A stretch of DNA of 64,000 nt from an uncultured delta proteobacterium (GTDB lineage: Bacteria; Myxococcota_A; Polyangia; Polyangiales; Polyangiaceae): positions 384,001-448,000 of the forward strand of contig CAVOKF010000008.1 in the NCBI GenBank assembly GCA_963696385.1, in the 5' to 3' direction. Shown piece after piece: positions 35,723 to 44,037 of this stretch. The position numbers were made by a program, and so were the translations under genes. Position 1 is the stretch's first letter, and the number at the start of each line of letters is the position of its first letter. Under the pieces are notes generated by a model. The model worked only from the letters and a program-made list of their open reading frames with translations, did not search any database and was not told the origin of the DNA.

Positions 35723-36415
35723 ATGGCGCGCATCTTGGTCGTCGAGGACGAAAGCGATATCCAGGAGGTCCTCGAGTACAATTTGAAGCGCGACGGCCAC
35801 GACGTCATGTTGACCTCGACCGCGAAGGATGGCCTGCGTCACGCGCGCGAGCGCCGCCCCGACCTGGTGCTCCTCGACTTGATGCTTCCCGACGGTTCGG
35901 GAACGGACCTGTGCAAGTCGCTGCGCCAGGACTCCGCCACGCGCGGCGTGCGGGTCATGATGCTCACCGCAAAGGGCGAGGAGATCGACCGGGTGCTCGG
36001 CTTCGAACTCGGCGCGGACGACTACGTGGTCAAGCCGTTCAGCGTGCGCGAGCTCTTGTTACGCGTTCAAGCCGTCCTGCGTCGTACGACGTCCGACGAG
36101 ACGGGCGAAACGATGCAGTTCGGAACCCTTCGCGTCGATCGGGGTGCGCACCGTATCTGGGTCGAGGGCCAAGAGGTGGAGCTTACCGCGCTCGAGTTCA
36201 AGCTGCTCGTCACGCTTTACGACCGCCGCAACCGCGTGCAGACTCGTGATGCGTTGCTGAGCGATGTCTGGAAGATCGACGCGGACGTGACGACCCGCAC
36301 CGTCGATACGCACGTCAAACGGCTGCGCGAAAAGCTCGGAACCGCTGGGATCTACATCCAAACCGTGCGCGGGGTGGGTTACCGCTTCGCCGAGAGGCCC
36401 GACGAGGTCAGTTGA
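35723..36415 (+). CDS. OmpR/PhoB-family response regulator (PhoB/PhoP-like)
   Basis: LLDLMLP, MLTAKGEEIDRVLGFELGADDYVVKPFS, RTVDTHVKRLREKLG, TVRGVGYRF. Confidence 0.93.
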   Translation: MARILVVEDESDIQEVLEYNLKRDGHDVMLTSTAKDGLRHARERRPDLVLLDLMLPDGSGTDLCKSLRQDSATRGVRVMMLTAKGEEIDRVLGFELGADDYVVKPFSVRELLLRVQAVLRRTTSDETGETMQFGTLRVDRGAHRIWVEGQEVELTALEFKLLVTLYDRRNRVQTRDALLSDVWKIDADVTTRTVDTHVKRLREKLGTAGIYIQTVRGVGYRFAERPDEVS

Positions 36416-36500
36416 CGGCCACCGGGCCGCTGGCCGCGTCTCGACGAGCGGGCCAGGGCCGGCGACCACGCCGGCACCGTCTCGACAAGGGGCCTCGCTC

Positions 36501-36974
36501 TCAGTCCGATTCGCTGGCGTCCGGAGCCGCGTCGGTCGCGTCGGGAGTCGCGTCGGTCGCGTCGGAAGTCGCGTCGGTCGCGTCTGGAGTCGCATCGCCC
36601 ACCTCGACGTCCGGAGCCGCGTCGGACGCGTCCGGAGTGGCATCGCCCACCTCGACGTCGGAAGCCGCGTCGGACGCGTCGGGCTTAGCGTCCGGGGCCG
36701 CATCGGCAACCTCGACGTCCGAAGCCGCGTCGGACGCGTCCGGAGTCGCATCGACAACCTCGACGTCCGAAGCCGCGTCGGACGCGTCGGTCCCCGCATC
36801 CGCCACACCACTGTCGACGCCGGTGTCTGTCCCCGAGTCAGCGACGACGCCCGTCTCCAACGGAGCGTCCGTCCCGCTATCGGTGCCGGGCCCGCTGGAA
36901 GTGCTGCTGCTGCAGCCGACGGCGAGGAAAAGAAATGAAAGCGAAAGCGACCTCAAGACCTGATGCGAACGCAT
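36501..36974 (-). CDS. Acidic low-complexity lipoprotein built of DASDAASDVEVxDAxP repeats
   Basis: AGAGGAGGA SD, lipobox LAVGC, four 16-20-aa repeats then DAT(P/S) repeats. Confidence 0.75.
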   Translation of the reverse strand: MRSHQVLRSLSLSFLFLAVGCSSSTSSGPGTDSGTDAPLETGVVADSGTDTGVDSGVADAGTDASDAASDVEVVDATPDASDAASDVEVADAAPDAKPDASDAASDVEVGDATPDASDAAPDVEVGDATPDATDATSDATDATPDATDAAPDASESD

Positions 36975-37189
36975 GAGTCCTCCTCTACGTTAAAAAAGTA
37001 CCGGGCCAGCTCAGTGGGTACCGGACACGCGTATCTAGCAGGCGGCCGCATTGTTGCCAGGATGTAACGCACCACGCTTTCGCTTTTTTCTTTCACCGAG
37101 AGCGCACACCCCGGACGAATGCACCACGATGCGGCCTGATGCTTTGACTCCCTCCGAATCCGCCGCTCGTCGGCTCGGCGCGCGCTTGC

Positions 37190-39139
37190 ATGCAGCGCGC
37201 GCTCGAGAACCTGTCTCGGCGCCAATCCCCCGACGGCGCATGGTCGGGCGACTACGGCGGACCGATGTTCCTCCTGCCGATGTACGTTGCGCTGGCGTAC
37301 TCGGCCGGCGCGATTCCCGAGCGGCATCGCGCCGGCTTTGTCGACCACTTCCGAAATGTCCAAGGACAAGGCGATCGGATCGGCTTGCACGCCGAGGACC
37401 CGCGCGGGTCGATGTTCGCCACGGTTCTCGGCTACGTGGCGCAGCGTTTGTTGGGCGTCGAGCCCGACGAACCCCGGATGATCCGACTGCGAGCGTGGAT
37501 CCACCGCGAAGGGTCGCCTCTCGGCGCCCCATCGTGGGGCAAGTTCACGCTCTGTCTCTTGGGCCTCTACGACTGGAGCGGAATCCACCCCGTCCTGCCG
37601 GAGCTTTGGTTGCTGCCCCCCGCAGTCGCATTTCACCCGCGGCGGCTCTGGTGCCACTGCCGGCAAGCGTATCTGCCCATGGCGTGGCTTTACGGCCGCC
37701 GGGCGACCACTCCCGAAAACGCGCTCATCCGAGCCTTGCGTGACGAGATTTATGGGGCCGACGTTTACCCGCGCATTGCTTGGGCGGCACACCGGGACAC
37801 GATCGCCGCGACGGATGCGTGCCGTCCCCCAAACGCCGCCCTTCGAGCGGCGAACGGCCTGCAAGACCTCTTCGAGCCCATTTGCCCTGCGCGGTTGCGA
37901 CGGCGCGCCATGGATCGCGTCCTCGATCACGTTCGCTACGAGGACCGCGCGACTCAGTGGATCAACCTCGGGCCGGTGAACAAAGTGCTCAACGGCTTCG
38001 TCCACCACTTCAACGATCCGGGCGGCGACGATTTTCGGCGCGCGTTCGCCGCGTGCGAACCGTATCTATGGCCCGGCCACGACGGCACGAAGATGCAGGG
38101 CTACAACAGCAGCAAGCTCTGGGACACGGCGTTCGCCATCCAGGCTGCGCTGGCCGCCGGCGCCCCGCACTCTCACGGATCGCACCGCGCCATGGTCGAG
38201 CGTGCACACGGCTACCTCTGCGACAATCAGATCCTCGAGGACGTCCCGGATGCGGAGCGCTACTACCGTCACGCCTCTCGCGGCGGCTGGCCCTTCTCCA
38301 ACCGGGCGCACGGATGGCCCGTCACCGACTGCACGGCCGAGGGGCTCAAGTGTGCGCTCGCCCTCGAGGGCCAAACCGCCACGGACATTCCCGAAGCGCT
38401 CCTGCGCGACGCCCTCGCCTTGATCCTGTCGTGGCAGAACGACGACGGAGGATGGGCGACCTATGAACGGCAGCGCGGAGGCGCGTGGCTCGAGCTTTTG
38501 AATCCCTCCCAGGTGTTCGGCGACATCATGGTCGATTATTCGTACGTCGAGTGCACGAGCGCTTGTCTTCAGGCGATCGCCCGAGCGCGCATCCGGTTCA
38601 AGGAGACTGCCCTCGGCGAGCGAATCGACCAGGCCGTGAGACGCGGGGCGCGCTTTCTTCGCGGCGCGCAGCGTGCCGACGGCAGCTTCGAGGGATCCTG
38701 GGGCGTCTGCTTCACCTACGGAACATGGTTCGGCGTCAGTGGACTGCTGGCGGCCGGCGTGGCCCCGAGCGACTCGGCCATCGATCGTGCGTGCGCCTTT
38801 CTCCTACGCAAACAGCGCGCCGACGGCAGTTGGGGCGAGCACGGCGACTCCTGCCGCGAGCGGCGGTACATCGATGCCCCCGCGGGGGGCGCCGCCCAAA
38901 CGGCCTGGGCGTTGTCGACGCTCGTGCGCGCACGACACGCCAGCCGACCGGCGCAGGAGAGCGCGGTCCGATGGATCGTGGCTCGGCAACGACCGGACGG
39001 GGCATGGCCTCGTGAACCGCTCGTCGGAGTCTTCAACAAGACGTGCTTGATCAACTACGACAACTACCGCCACTATTTCCCGCTATGGGCCGTGGCCGAG
39101 TGGTACGCTACAGTCGCGGAGCCGCGATTCGATCGGTGA
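37190..39139 (+). CDS. osc: 2,3-oxidosqualene cyclase (sterol cyclase)
   Basis: DYGGPMFL, PELWLLP, WCHCR..YLPM, GPVNK, MQGYN, catalytic DCTAE (not the DXDD of hopene cyclases), LNPSQVFGDIMVDYSYVECTS, WGVCFTYGTWF, QW repeats, GVFN. Confidence 0.96.
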   Translation: MQRALENLSRRQSPDGAWSGDYGGPMFLLPMYVALAYSAGAIPERHRAGFVDHFRNVQGQGDRIGLHAEDPRGSMFATVLGYVAQRLLGVEPDEPRMIRLRAWIHREGSPLGAPSWGKFTLCLLGLYDWSGIHPVLPELWLLPPAVAFHPRRLWCHCRQAYLPMAWLYGRRATTPENALIRALRDEIYGADVYPRIAWAAHRDTIAATDACRPPNAALRAANGLQDLFEPICPARLRRRAMDRVLDHVRYEDRATQWINLGPVNKVLNGFVHHFNDPGGDDFRRAFAACEPYLWPGHDGTKMQGYNSSKLWDTAFAIQAALAAGAPHSHGSHRAMVERAHGYLCDNQILEDVPDAERYYRHASRGGWPFSNRAHGWPVTDCTAEGLKCALALEGQTATDIPEALLRDALALILSWQNDDGGWATYERQRGGAWLELLNPSQVFGDIMVDYSYVECTSACLQAIARARIRFKETALGERIDQAVRRGARFLRGAQRADGSFEGSWGVCFTYGTWFGVSGLLAAGVAPSDSAIDRACAFLLRKQRADGSWGEHGDSCRERRYIDAPAGGAAQTAWALSTLVRARHASRPAQESAVRWIVARQRPDGAWPREPLVGVFNKTCLINYDNYRHYFPLWAVAEWYATVAEPRFDR

Positions 39140-40001
39140 TGCGCGCCAGCATCTGAAGGACGGTCGCGCGCGGCACCTTGGCGCCTGCCCCGTCCTTCTC
39201 CAGACGATCGAGCGTCGCGTCCGCGAGGTCGGCGGAAAGCGTCGTGAAGCCGACGAAGCCCCGCGGCGCCCCACCCCGCTCGAGCGCAGCGATGTATGCG
39301 CGAGCCTTGTCCATATCGGCGCGGGCGATCGCGAGGACGTCCGACCGGGCCACCGTCGACGGCACGTACGCGCGCCCGTCCACCGCGTCGACCGATTCGT
39401 CCTTGAGGATATTCACGAGCTGCAGCCCTTCGCCGAAAGCGACCTGATTTTCGACCAGGGTCGCGCGAACCGCCTCGAGACTCGGCGCATCGTGCACGAA
39501 GATCTCGGTCAGAAGCTCGCCGACGATTCCGGCAACCACGTAGCAATACGCGCGCAGCTCTTCGAGGCTACCCAGTTGCAGGCCTCCCGCTTCGTCCATG
39601 CCTGCGACCGTCGTGCGCATGCCCCGAGCGGTGCGGCTTGCGTGTTCGAGCAGGATCTTCTGCGTCGCGGGATCCAGGCGCCGGACGTTCTCGAGCACCT
39701 CGGGCATGGCCCCCAACAGATCGAGGCACGATTGGTTCTTCGTCGGCGGATGCGCCAGCCACGTGCGAGCGTGCTCAGCCGAACGCGCCTCGGAAGGGTC
39801 GCCGAGAAGGGCCGCGAAGGTGTCGAGCGCCGTCACCCTGGCAGGCCGCGACCACAGCTCGGCATCCTCGAGCGTGTCGGCGATCCGAAAGAGCAGGTAA
39901 GCCAGGCAGGTGCTTCGCCGGGTCGGTTCCGGAAGAAGCGGAATCGCCAACGCGAACGTGCGGCTCGTCTTCGTGAGCAGTTCATCGAGAGAAACAGGCA
40001 T
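39108..40001 (-). CDS. sqs: Squalene synthase (single-enzyme FDFT1-type)
   Basis: TSRTFALAI, YLLFRIADTLED, YCYVVAGIVG, GLQLVNILKDESVD; GAGGAGG SD before ATG 40001. Confidence 0.9.
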   Translation of the reverse strand: MPVSLDELLTKTSRTFALAIPLLPEPTRRSTCLAYLLFRIADTLEDAELWSRPARVTALDTFAALLGDPSEARSAEHARTWLAHPPTKNQSCLDLLGAMPEVLENVRRLDPATQKILLEHASRTARGMRTTVAGMDEAGGLQLGSLEELRAYCYVVAGIVGELLTEIFVHDAPSLEAVRATLVENQVAFGEGLQLVNILKDESVDAVDGRAYVPSTVARSDVLAIARADMDKARAYIAALERGGAPRGFVGFTTLSADLADATLDRLEKDGAGAKVPRATVLQMLARITDRIAAPRL

Positions 40002-40142
40002 TCGCCAGAGCCTCCTCGGCACGTGGGGGTGTTCGCGAGCGCAAAACGTACGATCGGGTTTCTCCGAACCCGTTAGCTATCCGCCATACTATCGTTTTGA
40101 ACGTGGGCGATCGCCGAAACCGGCGCAAACGCACTTACGCAC

Positions 40143-41603
40143 ATGACCGAACGCACGGACGTTGTCATCGTCGGGGGAGGGTTTGTCGGCCTGGCCACCG
40201 CCGCGGCACTCGACGACGCCGGCGTGCGCGTGACCCTTCTCGAGGCCCTCGTCGGTCCGAACCCGGCGTTCCGCGGCGAGTTGATTCACCCAAGGGGCGT
40301 GCGCGCGCTCGCGTCGCTGCGCCTTTTGGATCCGCTGCTTGCCGCGGGAGCCGTGCGCGTACGCGGGTTCGCGGTCTTCCCCCCGCGATGCGCCGATCCC
40401 ATCACGCTGCCGTACCCGACCGACCGGCTTTCGGCCGAAGGGCCCGGGCTCGCGCTCGATCACAGGACGTTGGTCGATGCCATGCGCCAGGCCGTCGCGA
40501 CCCGGCCGCGCATCACGCTGGTCCGCGGCGCACGCGTAGACGACCTCGTTACGAGCGGCGATCGCGTCGTGGGCGTGCGATGGAGCGGCGGCCGCGAAAC
40601 CCGTGCCGGACTCGTCGTGGCCGCGGACGGGAGACACTCGCGGCTCCGAAAATTGCTCCGAATTCCGACGACCACCGAGCTTGTATCGCACTCGGTCGCG
40701 CTCGGATTCGAACGCGATGTCCTCGTCGCGCCGGCCCACGGCCATGTGTTCGTCGACGCCCCGGGACCCACGCTCGCCTATCCGTGCGGTCCGGAGCGCG
40801 TGCGCATGACCATCGACGTGCCTCTCGACCGAGCGAAAGGACGCGCCGAGATCCGGACCACCTTGCGGGAGGGCTACGCGGCGCAACTCCCCGACCGGAT
40901 GCGACGAGCCCTGATCGACGCTCTCGACCGCGACGATCTGGCGGGTGCGGCCAACCACGCCATCTCGACCCGCGCGTGCGCCGTGCCGGGCGCCGCTCTG
41001 GTCGGCGACGCGGGCGGATGCTCGCATCCGATCACGGCGACGGGCATGACGACCGGCATGCACGACGTCGTGACCCTCGCTGCCGCCATCGCACAAGACG
41101 GGCTGACCGACCGCGCGCTGTGCCGCTACCAGAGACGCCGGTATCGCTTCGTGCGCACCCGCGAGGCCTTCACGCACGCTCTTTACGACGTGCTGCGCGG
41201 AGCGGACAGCGGCGCCCGTGCGCTCCGCGAGGCCATGTTCGCCTACTGGTCGGCGAGCGGACGCGCACGGATCGCGTCGATGGGCGTGCTCTCGGGCGAC
41301 GACGAACGCGTCGCGACGTTCGCTCTGGAATACGCGCGGGTGGTCGCAACCTCGACCTCGATGATCGTCGGCCGCAGGATTGCGGATCGAAAGGGCGGTG
41401 CGATGTGGGCCGAGCTCCGATCCATGCTCCGGGCGGCCGGCGGGGCACTCGACGTCGCCATCGAAAAAGCGTCGTCCGTTCTGGCCCTCGAGCGCACGTT
41501 GAGCCTCCGGGCGCCGTCGGATCGGACGACCCCCGCCGGCGGGCGTTCGACGGGCGGCATCCCCGACGGCCGATCCGAAAGATCCGGGACCACGCACCCC
41601 TGA
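40143..41603 (+). CDS. Squalene epoxidase (FAD monooxygenase)
   Basis: GGGFVG Rossmann motif, GELIHPRGV, VAADGRHSRLR, GDAGGCSHPITATGMT (cf. GDA...HPLTGGGMT), LREAMFAYW; clustered with osc and sqs. Confidence 0.88.
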   Translation: MTERTDVVIVGGGFVGLATAAALDDAGVRVTLLEALVGPNPAFRGELIHPRGVRALASLRLLDPLLAAGAVRVRGFAVFPPRCADPITLPYPTDRLSAEGPGLALDHRTLVDAMRQAVATRPRITLVRGARVDDLVTSGDRVVGVRWSGGRETRAGLVVAADGRHSRLRKLLRIPTTTELVSHSVALGFERDVLVAPAHGHVFVDAPGPTLAYPCGPERVRMTIDVPLDRAKGRAEIRTTLREGYAAQLPDRMRRALIDALDRDDLAGAANHAISTRACAVPGAALVGDAGGCSHPITATGMTTGMHDVVTLAAAIAQDGLTDRALCRYQRRRYRFVRTREAFTHALYDVLRGADSGARALREAMFAYWSASGRARIASMGVLSGDDERVATFALEYARVVATSTSMIVGRRIADRKGGAMWAELRSMLRAAGGALDVAIEKASSVLALERTLSLRAPSDRTTPAGGRSTGGIPDGRSERSGTTHP

Positions 41604-41710
41604 ACGACGTCGACCAAGCAGAGTTCCCCCGGAAAGCTTCACTGGGGCGCTGTACTCGCTGGACGGAGAGACGTCGCGACGACGCGTCGCACCCCGGCCA
41701 CCGCGAACCG

Positions 41711-41722
41711 CCCCCCCCCCCC
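41711..41722. repeat. C12 homopolymer between epoxidase and MMPL genes
   Basis: Twelve consecutive C at 41711-41722. Confidence 0.9.
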
Positions 41723-41808
41723 GGCGCGCGCTCGAAGGGGGTGGCGCCAAGACACCCTGGGCCACGAAGGTGTGTACACTACGCCCCCCGCCCGCTCGGG
41801 CGACCGGC

Positions 41809-44028
41809 ATGCTCGACGCGCTTTGCGGCTTCACGGTTCGACATCGAAAGTCCATCCTGGTGTTCGCCGGCCTGTGGTTCGCCCTGGCCGTCACGGTGCT
41901 GTCGTCTGGAATCGGCCGGCTGTCGACCGGTTCCATCCGCGGGCTCGAATCGGATCGCGCCGGTCGGATCGTCGACGGGATCCTGCGGCGCGCGCCCGAC
42001 ACGACGTTCATCGCCGTCTTCACGTCGTCCACGCTCGACCCGACGGGCGACGCATTTCGCGAAGCGATGCAGGCCGCGCTCTCGCCTTTGGCACACGACC
42101 CGAGGGTCGGGTCCATCACGACGCCGTATAACGCCGGACCGCTCCGCGCGTTCGCCATGACCAACGAGCGGACGCACGCGGCCTACGCGTACATCTCGGT
42201 CGGGGGCGACTTCGGTCAAGCCGCGCATGCGTATCCGGCGCTGCGCCGTGAGCTTCGTTCCGACACTCTATCGATCACCTGCACCGGCCGCCTGCCGTTC
42301 GCCCGCGACCTCGACGACACGCTCGAGCACGACCTGCTGCGCGCCGAGGCCATTTCCCTGCCCGGTTGCGTGCTTTTGCTGTGCGTGGTCTTCGGGACCG
42401 CGGTCGCCGCGCTGCTGCCCGTCTGCGTCGGCGCCCTGGCCGTCGCGAGCGGCCTGGCGTCGATCCTGTTGCTGTCGCGCTTCGTCGATCTCGCTCAATA
42501 CACGCTCAACGTATGTTCGCTCATCGGCCTGGGCGTCGCGATCGATTACTCGCTCTTCATCGTGAGCCGGTACCGCGAGGAGCTCGCGGCGGGACACGAC
42601 ACCGTGGCCGCGCTTCGGTTGTCGGTGATTCGGGCTGGACGCGTCGTCTTGTTCTCCGGCTTTGCGGTGATGGTCGGTCTGTTCGGACTGCTCTTCTTCT
42701 CGCGCTCCTACCTCATGGGCATGGGCATCGGCGGAGCGATCGTGGTGGGCTTCTCCGTGGTCTTCGCGCTCACGTTCTTGCCGGCGCTCTTGGCGGTACT
42801 CGGCCCGAGGATTCACGCCGGCCGCGTGCCCTTCACGCGCCGGCGAGCCGCTGGCGGCGGTTTTCGGCGTACCGCGCTGTGGGTGATGAAGCGCCCGGTC
42901 GCCGTGCTCCTGCCGTGCCTGCTGCTGCTTGCGTGGATGGGCGCGCCCTTCGCGCATTTGCGCATGGCGGCCTCCGACGTCCGGATTCTGCCGCTCGAAG
43001 CCGAAGCACGGCACGGATTCGAGATCCTCCGCGTCGACTTTCCGGACGCGGCCGCCAACCATGTTCTCGCCGCCGTCGAGTTCCCGAGCGCGCCGGCTCT
43101 CAATCGCGCCCGCATCGAAGCGCTCTACGATTTCACCCACCGAGTCGCCCACCTGCCGTTCGTCGCGAACGTCCAAAGCATCGTCGACCCGAACCAATCG
43201 ATCGAACGCGACCAATGGGCGGATCTGCTGCTGTCGCCGCCCCCGGCGCTCGGCGCGACCATCGACCTTGCCAAGCAAATCAGCGTCGGCAGCCGCGCCG
43301 TCCTGGTGGACATCACCACCGACCGCGCGCCCGAGAGCGATCCGGCGCGGTCGATCGTCGCCGCCCTACGCGATCAGCGCCGCGTCGGAGACGGCACCGT
43401 TTACGTCGGGGGCCAGACGGCCACCGACGTCGACACGACCCAATACATCCGCGAGCGATTGCCTTACGTCGTCGGATCCGTCGTCCTCATCACCTACGTG
43501 GTCCTCTTTTTCCTGCTCGGGTCCGTCCTCTTGCCGCTCAAGGCGGTCCTCATGAATTTCCTCTCGATGGCCGGATCGTTCGGCGCGCTCGTTTGGATCT
43601 TCCAGGAAGGGCACGCCTTCGTCCACACGCCACGGCCCGTCGAGCCGTCGCTTCCGGTGCTTCTCTTCTGTACGCTCTTCGGCCTCTCCATGGACTACGA
43701 GGTCCTCATGCTGACCCGCATGAAGGAGGCGTACGATCGGACGGGAGACAACCGCACGGCCGTCGCAACGGGTCTCGAGAAAAGCGCGGGGCTCATCACG
43801 AGCGCCGCCGCCATCATGGTGTGTGTTTTTGCGGCGTTCGCGCTCGCCCAAATCGTGGTCATCCAAGCGGTCGGGTTCGGGATGGCGTTGGCCGTCGCGC
43901 TCGATGCCACCATCGTTCGGGTCCTGGTCGTCCCGGCGACGATGCGCCTTCTCGGGCAAGTCAACTGGTGGGCGCCACGTCCCTTGGCGCGTCTGGTCCG
44001 GGCGGTGGCCCTGGGCCGGACGCATTGA
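41809..44028 (+). CDS. MMPL-family (RND) lipid transporter
   Basis: Two repeats of TM + periplasmic domain + TM bundle with GVAIDYSLFIVSRYREE and GLSMDYEVLMLTRMKE Asp-Tyr pairs, LDATIVR, NWWAP. Confidence 0.93.
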   Translation: MLDALCGFTVRHRKSILVFAGLWFALAVTVLSSGIGRLSTGSIRGLESDRAGRIVDGILRRAPDTTFIAVFTSSTLDPTGDAFREAMQAALSPLAHDPRVGSITTPYNAGPLRAFAMTNERTHAAYAYISVGGDFGQAAHAYPALRRELRSDTLSITCTGRLPFARDLDDTLEHDLLRAEAISLPGCVLLLCVVFGTAVAALLPVCVGALAVASGLASILLLSRFVDLAQYTLNVCSLIGLGVAIDYSLFIVSRYREELAAGHDTVAALRLSVIRAGRVVLFSGFAVMVGLFGLLFFSRSYLMGMGIGGAIVVGFSVVFALTFLPALLAVLGPRIHAGRVPFTRRRAAGGGFRRTALWVMKRPVAVLLPCLLLLAWMGAPFAHLRMAASDVRILPLEAEARHGFEILRVDFPDAAANHVLAAVEFPSAPALNRARIEALYDFTHRVAHLPFVANVQSIVDPNQSIERDQWADLLLSPPPALGATIDLAKQISVGSRAVLVDITTDRAPESDPARSIVAALRDQRRVGDGTVYVGGQTATDVDTTQYIRERLPYVVGSVVLITYVVLFFLLGSVLLPLKAVLMNFLSMAGSFGALVWIFQEGHAFVHTPRPVEPSLPVLLFCTLFGLSMDYEVLMLTRMKEAYDRTGDNRTAVATGLEKSAGLITSAAAIMVCVFAAFALAQIVVIQAVGFGMALAVALDATIVRVLVVPATMRLLGQVNWWAPRPLARLVRAVALGRTH

Positions 44029-44037
44029 TCGGAGCGG

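Noticed and set aside
36530..36790. Regularly spaced GCCGCGTCGGACGCGTC repeats resembling a CRISPR array
   Set aside because: They are in-frame coding repeats of the lipoprotein, and the intervening sequences are similar to each other.
37044..37059. Sigma54 promoter for the acidic lipoprotein (minus strand TGGCAACAATGCGGC)
   Set aside because: Spacing fits but the -12 element is a poor match; too weak to call.
37190..39139. Squalene-hopene cyclase assignment
   Set aside because: Catalytic motif is DCTAE rather than DXDDTA, and an epoxidase is clustered with it.
39108..40001. Phytoene synthase (carotenoid) assignment
   Set aside because: SRTF, DTLED and YCYVVAG motifs and the sterol context fit squalene synthase; no crt genes nearby.
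40089..42164. Overlapping 691-aa (-) and 687-aa (+) ORFs across the epoxidase
   Set aside because: Arg/Pro-rich alternative frames without motifs; the 40143-41603 frame carries all the FAD-monooxygenase signatures.
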